64,000 nt of DNA, from assembly GCA_965238005.1 (NCBI GenBank), contig OZ250165.1:1984001-2048000 (forward strand), read 5' to 3'. The translations under genes were made by a program, and so were the position numbers. Numbering within the stretch: the first letter of the stretch is position 1; each line of letters opens with the position of its first letter. Shown piece by piece: positions 38,494 through 47,949 of this stretch. The notes beneath the pieces were generated by a model. That model was not told the DNA's origin and made no database searches. It saw only the letters and a program-made list of their open reading frames with translations. The stretch comes from Longimicrobiales bacterium. Lineage in GTDB: Bacteria > Gemmatimonadota > Gemmatimonadetes > Longimicrobiales > Gaopeijiaceae.

Positions 38494-38750
38494 GAAGGCT
38501 ATTGAAGAAGTACAGCAGGTCGCCACCCGTGCTACCGCACGGGTACCCGGGATGCCACGGCCCCAGATCCGGGGTACCCGCGCGACAGCGTGGGTCGGAG
38601 CGACGACGCCATAGCCGTCGCTACGGTTAGGAGCTCCAACAACGGGGGCACCACGCGAAGCGTGGTCGGGGCCGTGCCACCGCAACCCACGAACACGTAA
38701 GTTCATAGCAACTATTCCGTTGGGCACACTGTACTTCTTCAATAGCCTTC
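38494..38750. mobile_element. MITE family B, full 257-nt copy
   Basis: Perfect 22-nt terminal inverted repeats GAAGGCTATTGAAGAAGTACAG (38494-38515, 38729-38750); CTAG on the left; no transposase. Confidence 0.85.
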
Positions 38751-38782
38751 CCGGGCCACGGACGAGCTACCGGTGGGTCACG

Positions 38783-40696
38783 TTAGCGCCCCGGCAGGGC
38801 TGATGGCGAGAAGCTGGGACAGCGAAACCCCACGATGCGATCCGGAGCACCCTCGGGTATGGAGTCGGTCTCGGGATCGGGAAGCGGTGGCAGGAGAATC
38901 GGCTCGGCTCTCGCCCCGACCGGCATAGTCTGTACTCGCCGGTCTTGGAGGCAGATGACGAAGTGCTCCCGAACGACGCGCCCTTCCTCGATGGAGTAGA
39001 CGCCCGCGGCCCCGGGAAAGCCCGAGATGTTCTCCAGATTGGCCAGAAGCTGTGAGGGCGTGCTCGCCCCCATGCGGATCCCCTCGAGCAGCAAAGCCGC
39101 CGCATCGTAACCCAGGGCAGGAACCGTGCTGGGCAGCGTACGCTGGTGATAGGCCTCGTACGCGTCCACGAAGCGGCGGTGGCCCTCGGACTCACCGTCG
39201 GGCGGCTGGGGAGACGCCGCCACGACCCCGTTCGTGTGCCGGGTATCGACCCTGGAAAGCATGTCCTCTTCGGTCCATCCCGCCGTGCCGAGGACCCTGA
39301 TTTCGAGGGAATCGAGTCCGTAGAACGTCACCTGGGGGGCCATGAGCTCCACGTCTCGCGCGGGAAGCGGCAGCACCAGAGCGTCCGGACGGAGGGAGTC
39401 CACCTCCTGGAGCTGCTCCCCGAAGAAGGTGGCACCCGACGGATATGCGAGCTGGCGAAGAACCGAGCCGCCCATCGACTCGAACGCCTCCACGAAAGAG
39501 CGAGCCTCGAACGTGGCGTCGCGGCTCTCCGGGTACATGACCACGGCGGTCTCTAGAGCGCTCTCCACGGCGTAGCGGGCCAGGGCCTGCGAGGCTCCCG
39601 GATCATCACCGGCGAGAGAGTAGACTCCTGCCGCGCCTTCCGGAACGATGGGTGCCGTGGGAGAGATGACGGCCAGGGGACTCTGCCGCTGGCGTGCCAC
39701 TTCCGAGAGCGCCCCGTCTTGCAGGGGTCCGATGAGTCCGAGGGCATTCGCGGAGTCGAGGGCGGCCAACAGCCTGGGGGCGTTGCCGATGACCCCGCCG
39801 TTGTCCTGGATGACCAGCTCGGCCGCCGTCCGATTTCGTTCGGCCTGTCCGAACCGCTCGAGGGCGATCCGGATCCCCTCCTGAATCAGGTCGGCGAACT
39901 CCCTCAGTCGAGGAGAGCCGCTCGTCGGGAGAATCGCTCCGATGACCGGAGTGGTGAAGAACTCACTCATGTCACCCGAGAGAACCCCTTCGGCAATGCG
40001 CCGAGCCCGGCCGGTCGCTCCCGATTCCAGGGCTCGTCGCGCTGAGCTCTGGGCATCGTCCCCCGCCCCCACGGCGTACCGCTTCAAAGCCAGTTCGGCC
40101 AGGATGGGCGAAACGTGTGGCCCACCGGATTCCGCCAGGCTTGCGAGGTCACCCTCGGTGAGCTCCCCCACGCGCTGGGAAATGCGTTCCTGGACGACGG
40201 CATCGTCGTTCCCCGTCGGCGTCGTCAACCAGGCTTCCACGGCCTCTACGGTCCGCCCCAGCGCCTCCAGAACGTCCCCCTCCAAAATCGCCACGGCCGC
40301 TCGGCGATGGTCGCCATCCGGCAGGTACGTGCGGAATCGCCGGACGGCCGCCAGGGCCTCATCGGCCTTACCGATCGCTTTGGATGCCTGAGCGCGAATC
40401 CAGAGCGCTCGAGAGCTTCGCCGTGCCGTCGGGTAGGAGGCTTCGACCTGGAGTGACACCTCCTTCGCCCGGGCGAAGTCCGCCGCATCCAGAGCGGCCT
40501 GGGCTTCGGCGAGGAGACGATCGGACTCGGCCTGTCCCCCCGAATCGACCGATCCCGCCTGGAGCGCAGGATCTGTGGGTCCCGACTCCGTGTCGACGGC
40601 CGCCCCCACCGTGGTGCACGCGAGGGCGAAGATGCTGAGGCAAACGAGAAGCCCAGACATTAAGGGCGTCCGGGCTTTCACACTGAGGCTATCCAT
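38783..40696 (-). CDS. LpoA/LppC-like lipoprotein (TPR-like N-terminus, periplasmic-binding-protein fold C-terminus)
   Basis: Lipobox FALAC; IGAILP.SG, IGPL, ALGYDAA, F.GA.G. Confidence 0.75.
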   Translation of the reverse strand: MDSLSVKARTPLMSGLLVCLSIFALACTTVGAAVDTESGPTDPALQAGSVDSGGQAESDRLLAEAQAALDAADFARAKEVSLQVEASYPTARRSSRALWIRAQASKAIGKADEALAAVRRFRTYLPDGDHRRAAVAILEGDVLEALGRTVEAVEAWLTTPTGNDDAVVQERISQRVGELTEGDLASLAESGGPHVSPILAELALKRYAVGAGDDAQSSARRALESGATGRARRIAEGVLSGDMSEFFTTPVIGAILPTSGSPRLREFADLIQEGIRIALERFGQAERNRTAAELVIQDNGGVIGNAPRLLAALDSANALGLIGPLQDGALSEVARQRQSPLAVISPTAPIVPEGAAGVYSLAGDDPGASQALARYAVESALETAVVMYPESRDATFEARSFVEAFESMGGSVLRQLAYPSGATFFGEQLQEVDSLRPDALVLPLPARDVELMAPQVTFYGLDSLEIRVLGTAGWTEEDMLSRVDTRHTNGVVAASPQPPDGESEGHRRFVDAYEAYHQRTLPSTVPALGYDAAALLLEGIRMGASTPSQLLANLENISGFPGAAGVYSIEEGRVVREHFVICLQDRRVQTMPVGARAEPILLPPLPDPETDSIPEGAPDRIVGFRCPSFSPSALPGR

Positions 40697-40710
40697 GGGA
40701 CGGCTCTGCC

Positions 40711-43700
40711 TCAAGCCTCTTCTTTAGTCTCTTCCCCAGCCTCGTCTACAGATTCCTCTACCTCTTCGGCGGAGTCGCCCACATCGTCGGCGGAAGCCGT
40801 CGGCGCCTCCACTTCGGCGGCGGCCTCTTCGACGTCGGCCTCACCCTCCGGCTCGTCTGCGGCTTCCGCGGCGGCCTCTTCGGGCTCGTCCTCGGGCTCC
40901 GCCTCGGCTTCCGGCGCATTCTCAGCATCTGCGGCAGCCTCTTCGACGTCGGCCTCACCCTCCGGCTCGTCTGCGGCTTCCGCGGCGGCCTCTTCGGGCT
41001 CGTCCTCGGGCTCCGCCTCGGCTTCCGGCGCATTCTCAGCATCTGCGGCAGCCTCTTCGACGTCGGCCTCACCCTCCGGCTCGTCTGCGGCTTCCGCGGC
41101 GGCCTCTTCGGGCTCGTCCTCGGGCTCCGCCTCGGCTTCCGGCGCATTCTCAGCATCTGCGGCAGCCTCTTCGACGTCGGCCTCACCCTCCGGCTCGTCT
41201 GCGGCTTCCGCGGCGGCCTCTTCGGGCTCGTCCTCGGGCTCCGCCTCGGCTTCCGGCGCATTCTCAGCATCTGCGGCAGCCTCTTCGACGTCGGCCTCAC
41301 CCTCCGGCTCGTCTGCGGCTTCCGCGGCGGCCTCTTCGGGCTCGTCCTCGGGCTCCGCCTCGGCTTCCGGCGCATTCTCAGCATCTGCGGCAGCCTCTTC
41401 GACGTCGGCCTCACCCTCCGGCTCGTCTGCGGCTTCCGCGGCGGCCTCTTCGGGCTCGTCCTCGGGCTCCGCCTCGGCTTCCGGCGCATTCTCAGCATCT
41501 GCGGCAGCCTCTTCGACGTCGGCCTCACCCTCCGGCTCGTCTGCGGCTTCCGCGGCGGCCTCTTCGGGCTCGTCCTCGGGCTCCGCCTCGGCTTCCGGCG
41601 CATTCTCAGCATCTGCGGCAGCCTCTTCGACGTCGGCCTCACCCTCCGGCTCGTCTGCGGCTTCCGCGGCGGCCTCTTCGGGCTCGTCCTCGGGCTCCGC
41701 CTCGGCTTCCGGCGCATTCTCAGCATCTGCGGCAGCCTCTTCGACGTCGGCCTCACCCTCCGGCTCGTCTGCGGCTTCCGCGGCGGCCTCTTCGGGCTCG
41801 TCCTCGGGCTCCGCCTCGGCTTCCGGCGCATCTGAGGCTTCCGCGACGGCCTCTTCCACGTGGGCATCACCTTCGGGCTCATCTGCAGCCTCGACGGCTG
41901 ACTCGTCCCCTTCTTCGGCCGCGGCGGCGTCCGCCTCAGGGGCGCCCTCCCCGTCTGCCTCGGCCTCGGGCTCCTCCTCGGGCTCCGGCAGATCAATCCG
42001 CTCGGGCACCTCAATGACCTCGAGCACGATACGGCGATTGCCGGCGTCGGACTCAATGACCTTTAGCTTCAGGGCTTCACCGCGCCTGAAGTACTCACCG
42101 AGCACCGCGCCTTCATCCACCCCCGTGTGTGACGTGGGCGAGAAGCCTTCTATGTCGTCGCCCAGATCCACGACGACGCCCTTCTCCTGCACACGAGCCA
42201 CCGCTCCCTCGGGCTCCACGCCCGCGGAGAAGCGCTCGGAGATGCCGGGCCAGGGATCGTCCTGGAGCTGCTTGATCCCCAGCGAGATCCGCTTCGCCTC
42301 GGCATCGACGTCGAGTACCAGCACCTGCACCTCGTCGCCCTTCTGAACGATCTCGGAGGGGTGCTCCACCCGCTTGGTCCAGCTCATGTCGGAGACGTGC
42401 ACCAGGCCGTCGATTCCGGGTTCGATCTCGACGAAGGCCCCGAAGGACGTGAGGTTCCGAACGGTACCGGCCAGATGCGTGCCGGTGGGGTACTTCACCG
42501 GGAGCCCCAGCCACGGATCTTCCTCGATCTGCTTCATGCCGAGGGAGATTTTTTCGTCCTGAGGATCGACCTTCAACACCACCGCCTCGATCTCGTCTCC
42601 GATGTTCACGAGCTTCGAGGGGTGTCGGATGTTGCGGGTCCACGACATCTCGGAGATGTGGACCAGTCCCTCGACCCCCTTCTGGAGCTCGATGAACGCG
42701 CCGTAGTTCGTGATCGAGACGACCTTTCCGCGGACACGGGCACCCACCGGGTACTTTATGTCGATGTCGGTCCAGGGATAAGGCAGGAGCTGCTTCAGCC
42801 CCAGGGAGATGCGCTCGCGGTCCCAATCGATATCCAGAACCTTCACGTCGATCATCGACCCGATGTCCACCACCTCGCCTGGGTGACCAACTCGGCCCCA
42901 CGACATGTCGGTGATGTGCAGGAGTCCGTCGAGCCCACCCAGATCGATGAACGCACCGAAGTCGGTGACGTTCTTGACCGCGCCCTCGCGGACCTGCCCA
43001 ACGAGGAGCTCCTTGACCAGCGTCTCGCGCTTTCTCTCGCGCTCTCCCTCGAGGATCACCCGACGCGACACGACGATATTCCGCCGGCGCTTGTTGAGCT
43101 TGATGATCTTGAACTCGAAGGTCTGTCCCAGGAGATCTTCGATGTTCGGCACCCTCCGAAGAGCGATCTGCGAGCCGGGCAAGAACGCGTCGACACCCAT
43201 GATGTCGACGGTGACGCCACCCTTGATCTTGCGGGTCAGCACACCCTCGACGGGCTCGTCCGCCTCGTGGGCCTCGCGGATTCTTTCCCACACCCGCAGG
43301 AAGTCGGCCTTCTTCTTGGAGAGCACGACGATGCCGTCCTCGTCCTCAAGGCTCTCGAGAAGAACCTCGACCTCCTGGCCTGGCTCGATGGCGTGGCGGT
43401 CCTTGAACTCGTCCAGGGCCACGGCCCCTTCACTCTTGAAGCCGAATTCCAGGATGACCATGCTGTCGGTCACCCGCAGGACCTTCGCGTTGACGATCTC
43501 TCCCTCGCGGAAGTCGCCGATAGCGTCAGCGTGCTGCGAGAGCAGGGCCTCGAAATCCGCAGCGGAGACGTCGAGCTTCTCCTCCCCGTAGGGATCGGCG
43601 ACGAGCTCCGGAGAGATTCCTTCAGCGGCTGCCACCACCGCGATGGCGTGGTCGGTAGCTCCACCATTCGCCTCGGACGCAGCTACCTCGGCGGCTGCCT

Positions 43701-43830
43701 CGGGGCCGGCACCGTCGATGGGCGCTTCTTCAGAGCCAGCCTCTGTTGTGTTGTCGGGAGCTTCCGCGGAGGCGGCTTCGAGGAGTTCGGAGGAGGGGGT
43801 TTCTGGGTTCTGGGTTTCTTGGTTAGCCAT
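40711..43830 (-). CDS. rpsA: 30S ribosomal protein S1 with acidic N-terminal extension and ~420-aa acidic repeat tail
   Basis: GFKSEG, AFLPGSQ, FGAFIDLGG.DGLLHITDMSW, EGLVHISEMSW; six S1 domains; follows cmk. Confidence 0.95.
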   Translation of the reverse strand: MANQETQNPETPSSELLEAASAEAPDNTTEAGSEEAPIDGAGPEAAAEVAASEANGGATDHAIAVVAAAEGISPELVADPYGEEKLDVSAADFEALLSQHADAIGDFREGEIVNAKVLRVTDSMVILEFGFKSEGAVALDEFKDRHAIEPGQEVEVLLESLEDEDGIVVLSKKKADFLRVWERIREAHEADEPVEGVLTRKIKGGVTVDIMGVDAFLPGSQIALRRVPNIEDLLGQTFEFKIIKLNKRRRNIVVSRRVILEGERERKRETLVKELLVGQVREGAVKNVTDFGAFIDLGGLDGLLHITDMSWGRVGHPGEVVDIGSMIDVKVLDIDWDRERISLGLKQLLPYPWTDIDIKYPVGARVRGKVVSITNYGAFIELQKGVEGLVHISEMSWTRNIRHPSKLVNIGDEIEAVVLKVDPQDEKISLGMKQIEEDPWLGLPVKYPTGTHLAGTVRNLTSFGAFVEIEPGIDGLVHVSDMSWTKRVEHPSEIVQKGDEVQVLVLDVDAEAKRISLGIKQLQDDPWPGISERFSAGVEPEGAVARVQEKGVVVDLGDDIEGFSPTSHTGVDEGAVLGEYFRRGEALKLKVIESDAGNRRIVLEVIEVPERIDLPEPEEEPEAEADGEGAPEADAAAAEEGDESAVEAADEPEGDAHVEEAVAEASDAPEAEAEPEDEPEEAAAEAADEPEGEADVEEAAADAENAPEAEAEPEDEPEEAAAEAADEPEGEADVEEAAADAENAPEAEAEPEDEPEEAAAEAADEPEGEADVEEAAADAENAPEAEAEPEDEPEEAAAEAADEPEGEADVEEAAADAENAPEAEAEPEDEPEEAAAEAADEPEGEADVEEAAADAENAPEAEAEPEDEPEEAAAEAADEPEGEADVEEAAADAENAPEAEAEPEDEPEEAAAEAADEPEGEADVEEAAADAENAPEAEAEPEDEPEEAAAEAADEPEGEADVEEAAADAENAPEAEAEPEDEPEEAAAEAADEPEGEADVEEAAAEVEAPTASADDVGDSAEEVEESVDEAGEETKEEA
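40823..41831 (-). repeat. Tandem array of a 114-nt unit, about 8.9 identical copies (38 aa APEAEAEPEDEPEEAAAEAADEPEGEADVEEAAADAEN)
   Basis: GGCGCAT recurs at 40913, 41027, 41141, 41255, 41369, 41483, 41597, 41711, 41825. Confidence 0.97.
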
Positions 43831-43968
43831 GGTTCATTCACCGACCCGATCTGCCGGTGCCTGATCTCGCCGGACCCGCCTGCAGCGCCTCGGCCCGGGT
43901 TGAGGTGGTCGGAAAAGGGATAGGAGACCCCGGCGCTTGGGGCCTAGCGAGGTGAAGCTACCGGGGCC

Positions 43969-44673
43969 TCACAAGGCAGTCAAGTCCTTCACCCGCTTCA
44001 AGATGAGTGATACCTGCTCCTCGAACGAGAGGGCCGTCGTGTCCACCTCGAATGCGTCTTCTGGCCGGCGCAGTGGAGCGAGCTCACGGTCGCTGTCCGT
44101 CCGGTCTCTATCCTCGATTCTCTCGGCTTCAGCTTCGATCTCGTCAGTGTTCGGGTCCACTCCGAAATCCTGAAGCAATCGACGGCGCGCCCTCGCCTCG
44201 AGCCCTGCCACCAGAAACACCTTCAGGTCCGCGTCGGGGAAGACGACGGTGCCCATGTCCCGGCCGTCCGCCACGAGATTTCCGTGCACGCCCAGCGCAC
44301 GCTGGGTACCGAGCAGCCACTGACGGACTGCGGGCAGGCTTGCAACGACCGGAACGTACTTGGTCACTTCAGCCGTGCGCAGCTCGGAAGAAAGCGCCTT
44401 GCCGTGACGGTGGATGTCCACTCGAGCGTCACCGGGCCCGGCCTGAACGCCAAGGTCATCGAGATCCGTGGAGGTGAGCGCAGGCCACTCCTCAGGGGGC
44501 ATCCTCTCCTCCAGCAGCGCGAACGTCAGCGCCCGATAGAGCCCTCCGGAATCGAGATGGCGAAATCCCAGGCGCCGGGCCAACTCCCGGGCCGTGGTAG
44601 TCTTTCCCGAGCCCGCCGGGCCGTCGAGGGTGACGACCAGTCCGCCGCGGGGAGGGTCCGGAGGCCCATTCAT
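43969..44673 (-). CDS. cmk: Cytidylate kinase
   Basis: LDGPAGSGKTT, DSGGLYRA, DGRDMGTVVFPDA. Confidence 0.96.
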   Translation of the reverse strand: MNGPPDPPRGGLVVTLDGPAGSGKTTTARELARRLGFRHLDSGGLYRALTFALLEERMPPEEWPALTSTDLDDLGVQAGPGDARVDIHRHGKALSSELRTAEVTKYVPVVASLPAVRQWLLGTQRALGVHGNLVADGRDMGTVVFPDADLKVFLVAGLEARARRRLLQDFGVDPNTDEIEAEAERIEDRDRTDSDRELAPLRRPEDAFEVDTTALSFEEQVSLILKRVKDLTAL

Positions 44674-46001
44674 GGCGGTCCACCCGTCCCGGCCTCTCCC
44701 CCCGGCCTCGAGGAGAGCCGCTCCAGCATCTTCCAGAATCCAGGGAAGCTGACGTCGACGACGGATGTGTTCTCCACCTCGATGCGGTTGCCCGGGAGGG
44801 CTCCCAAAACCCCGAACGCCATGGCGATGCGGTGATCGTGGTGGCTGAGGACGCGTCCCTCCAAGGGCAGGTCCTTACCCACGATCTCGAGGCCGTCCTC
44901 GAGCTCCTCGGCCTCGACCCCCACGGCCCGGAGGTTCTCCACGAGGGCCCGGATCCGATCGGACTCCTTGACCCTGAGCTCGGAGGCGCCCGTGATGCGG
45001 GTGGCCCCCGAAGCCCGGGCGGCCGCCACTGCCAGGATCGGGAACTCGTCGACCATGGCGGGCACTTCTCGTTCCGTCACCTCCGCCGCCTGGAGCGTCG
45101 AGGGCGACACCCGGAGCTCTCCGACCGGCTCCCCGGCTCCACCCGACTCGGCCCCTCCTCCGTCACCGGCTTCCACCACTTCGATACTGGCCCCCATGCG
45201 CGCCAGCACCGAGAGGAGTCCCGTTCTGGTGGGGTTCAGGCCCACATGCCCGATGGCCAGGCCACCTTCCACACCACCGAGAAGCGCCAGCACCACGAAG
45301 AACGCGGCCGACGAGAAGTCCCCCGGTACTTCCAGATCCAGGGGGTCGATGGTAGATGGGGTGTCCCGGAGCTCCACGCGCCAGCGGCCGCCACTCTCGT
45401 GGGATATGACAGAGGCTCCCACCATGCTCAACATGCGCTCCGTATGGTCCCGTGAGCGGCGCGGCTCGGAGACGAGCACGAACGCCTCGCCCACAAGGCC
45501 GGCCAGGAGCAGGGCGCTCTTCACCTGAGCGCTGGCCACCGGCGAATCGTAGTCCAACGCCTGGAGCGTAGAGCCGACTACCTCGAGAGGAAGCCGATCC
45601 GGCTCTCCTAACTCCCGGAACGTGGCACCCATGTGGGAGAGTGGACGGGTCACCCGACCCATGGGTCGGCTGCGGAGAGACTCGTCGCCGGTCACCCTGG
45701 TTGTGAAGGGCTGCCCGGCCAGCACGCCCAGCATGAGGCGAGCTCCGGTCCCGCTGTTCTTGAAGTCGAGGATGCGGTCCGGCTCCCGAAAGCCGTGCCG
45801 GCCCAAACCCTGCACCCGAATCTCGGACCCCTCCTCCGGCAGTGGCGGAAAGTCCATGCCCAATGCCCGCAGGACCGACGCTGTCGCCTGGGGGTCCTCC
45901 CCCGGCAGAACTCCCCGCAACCGGCTCTCGCCCGTGGCGAGAGAAGCGAGGATCAGGGCACGCTGGGAAATGGATTTGTCGCCCGGAACCCTGATCCTCA
46001 T
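44670..46001 (-). CDS. aroA: EPSP synthase
   Basis: PGDKSISQR, NSGTGAR, RPMGR, ASAQVKS, ELRVKESDR, DHRIAM. Confidence 0.96.
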   Translation of the reverse strand: MRIRVPGDKSISQRALILASLATGESRLRGVLPGEDPQATASVLRALGMDFPPLPEEGSEIRVQGLGRHGFREPDRILDFKNSGTGARLMLGVLAGQPFTTRVTGDESLRSRPMGRVTRPLSHMGATFRELGEPDRLPLEVVGSTLQALDYDSPVASAQVKSALLLAGLVGEAFVLVSEPRRSRDHTERMLSMVGASVISHESGGRWRVELRDTPSTIDPLDLEVPGDFSSAAFFVVLALLGGVEGGLAIGHVGLNPTRTGLLSVLARMGASIEVVEAGDGGGAESGGAGEPVGELRVSPSTLQAAEVTEREVPAMVDEFPILAVAAARASGATRITGASELRVKESDRIRALVENLRAVGVEAEELEDGLEIVGKDLPLEGRVLSHHDHRIAMAFGVLGALPGNRIEVENTSVVDVSFPGFWKMLERLSSRPGGEAGTGGPP

Positions 46002-46846
46002 CACCCGTCGCACCTCCACGTCCGGATTTGGTCCATCATGACTCCGACGCCCTCCACATCCCCTACCCCAAGAGCTGCACGTATGGCGTCGAGCTCCTTC
46101 TCCAGAGTCTCCAGTGCCGGCACGTCCTGGCTGGCCGACACCGTCATAAGATCGCGCCACATTTCGGACGAACTCATGGCCAGCCGTGTCATGTCCAAAC
46201 CGCCGGGACCGAGATCGGCGACCTCGAGCCCCTGAGCGGCCATGACCCTGGCGAGGGCTGTCGCCACAAGCTGGGGGAGGTGGCTCGCCCAGACCATGAG
46301 CCGGTCATGCTCGGCAGCCTCGACCGGGCGGGTCCGAGCGCCCAGCGAGCGCCAGAAGGCGTCGATGCGCTCCACGTGGTCCTCCTCTGCGTCTCCGCGA
46401 ACCAACCACACGGTGTGGTCGACGAACAGGTCCTCGACCGCGGCGCAAAACCCGGATCCGGTTCCTCCCACCATGGGGTGGGCACCTACGTACGAGGCCG
46501 CGAACCCCTGCTCCCGCGCCTGGCGGAGGAGCGGCTCCTTGAGACTCACCACGTCGGTGACCGCGGCCTCGCCCCACCACCCCGCATGCGTCGCCATGAG
46601 CTCGAGAGTAACACCCAGGGGCGTGGCGTAGACCACAACGTCCTGGTCGCGGACGGCGTCCCCGGGTGTCTCGGCCGCGGCGTCGAGGATGCCGGCATCG
46701 AGCACCTCTCGGGCGTCCTCCGAGTCCCTGGTGAACGCCGTGACCCGAGGGGCCGGCTCGAGCCTCCTCAGTGCCCGGGCAACCGATCCTCCCATGAGGC
46801 CCAGGCCCACGATCCCCACGTGCTCCCGCGGGTCGGCCGAGCCCAT
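46001..46846 (-). CDS. tyrA: Prephenate/arogenate dehydrogenase
   Basis: GLGLMGGS, TDV.S.K, HPMVG, HD......SHLPQ, D.TRLA. Confidence 0.9.
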   Translation of the reverse strand: MGSADPREHVGIVGLGLMGGSVARALRRLEPAPRVTAFTRDSEDAREVLDAGILDAAAETPGDAVRDQDVVVYATPLGVTLELMATHAGWWGEAAVTDVVSLKEPLLRQAREQGFAASYVGAHPMVGGTGSGFCAAVEDLFVDHTVWLVRGDAEEDHVERIDAFWRSLGARTRPVEAAEHDRLMVWASHLPQLVATALARVMAAQGLEVADLGPGGLDMTRLAMSSSEMWRDLMTVSASQDVPALETLEKELDAIRAALGVGDVEGVGVMMDQIRTWRCDG

Positions 46847-46848
46847 GG

Positions 46849-47853
46849 CTAGCCCATACCCTCGCCGGTAGCCGCACCCTCGTTGGCGAGGGAGTCCTCG
46901 GCGTCTCCGCGGTCCATTCCGGCCTCCCCCTCCCCCTCGGCGTCGTCGCTGTGCGGGATCTCCACCACGAGGCCGTCTCGGGCTACCACGGCCTCCGGGT
47001 AGACCTCCCGAGCCTCTTGCTCCAAGGGTGCTGGGTCGTCGGCATAACGAGCGGAGACGTGCGTGAGGCAGAGGCGCGCAACGCCAGCCTTGAGGGCCAC
47101 TGCGGCAGCGCCCCGCGCGGTGCTGTGGTATGTCTGGTGGGCCCTGTCCGCCTCTTCGTCACCGAAGGTCGCCTCGTGGATGAGCAGAGCGGCCCCGGTT
47201 GCCATCTCCATGATGGTATCCGCCGGGCGGGTATCTCCCGTGTACACGACCACTCGACCAGGCCGAGGAGTGCCCACCACCTCGGCGGCCTCGATCATCC
47301 GGCCGTCCACCTCCACGGCTTCGCCGCTGTGTAACTTGCCGAAAAGGGGGCCTTCCGGAATGCCCAGAGCCTGGGCGCGCTCCACGTCGAAGCGTCCCAG
47401 CCGCTCGTGCTCCACCAGTGCATAGCCCAGCGCCTGCGTCCCGTGGTTCACGCGTAACGCCACCACATCGTATTCCTCTTGGGACACGCGCGCGCCCACC
47501 TCGAGCTCCTGGATGGTGAGGGGGAACGAAACGCCATCCACACCCAACTCCACGGCATTCTGGAGCGTGGCGCGGGACCCCGGCGGCCCGTAGATGTGCA
47601 GTGGCTCGGTCCGGCCCTGGAGCGCCATGGTCCGCAACAGGCCGGTGATCCCCAGAAAGTGATCCGCGTGGAGATGCGTGATGAAGATTTCGCCCAGTGC
47701 GAAGCCCGTCGCGTACCGCATCATCTGACGCTGGGTGCCCTCGCCGCAGTCGAACAGGAAGACATCTCCCTCACGCTGGACAGCGATGGAGCTCACGTTG
47801 CGTCGAACCGTCGGACGGGAGGCCGCGGTTCCCAGAAAGGTGACTCGGATCAT
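46849..47853 (-). CDS. rnz: Ribonuclease Z
   Basis: FLGT, DCGEGTQ, THLHADH, GIPEGP exosite, GDTRP, HEATF, THVSARY. Confidence 0.96.
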   Translation of the reverse strand: MIRVTFLGTAASRPTVRRNVSSIAVQREGDVFLFDCGEGTQRQMMRYATGFALGEIFITHLHADHFLGITGLLRTMALQGRTEPLHIYGPPGSRATLQNAVELGVDGVSFPLTIQELEVGARVSQEEYDVVALRVNHGTQALGYALVEHERLGRFDVERAQALGIPEGPLFGKLHSGEAVEVDGRMIEAAEVVGTPRPGRVVVYTGDTRPADTIMEMATGAALLIHEATFGDEEADRAHQTYHSTARGAAAVALKAGVARLCLTHVSARYADDPAPLEQEAREVYPEAVVARDGLVVEIPHSDDAEGEGEAGMDRGDAEDSLANEGAATGEGMG

Positions 47854-47858
47854 CTCTG

Positions 47859-47880
47859 TTAGAGGCCTGTCGAAGAAGTC
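47859..47880. mobile_element. MITE family B solo end just upstream of rnz
   Basis: TTAGAGGCCTGTCGAAGAAGT: 2 mismatches to the reverse complement of 30038-30058. Confidence 0.55.
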
Positions 47881-47949
47881 GGGCGAGCCGAGTTAGGAGC
47901 GCCACGGAGGTACGGAGGCCGCAGAGAAGGTAGCGCCCGGTCGGGCGCG

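Noticed and set aside
40823..41831. Repeat array as a CRISPR
   Set aside because: No unique spacers, units are contiguous and in frame, and there are no cas genes
40758..42056. 432-aa Arg/Lys/Pro-rich repeat ORF overlapping the rpsA tail
   Set aside because: Alternative-frame reading of the 114-nt array; a stop-free unit divisible by three produces it automatically, and there is no RBS
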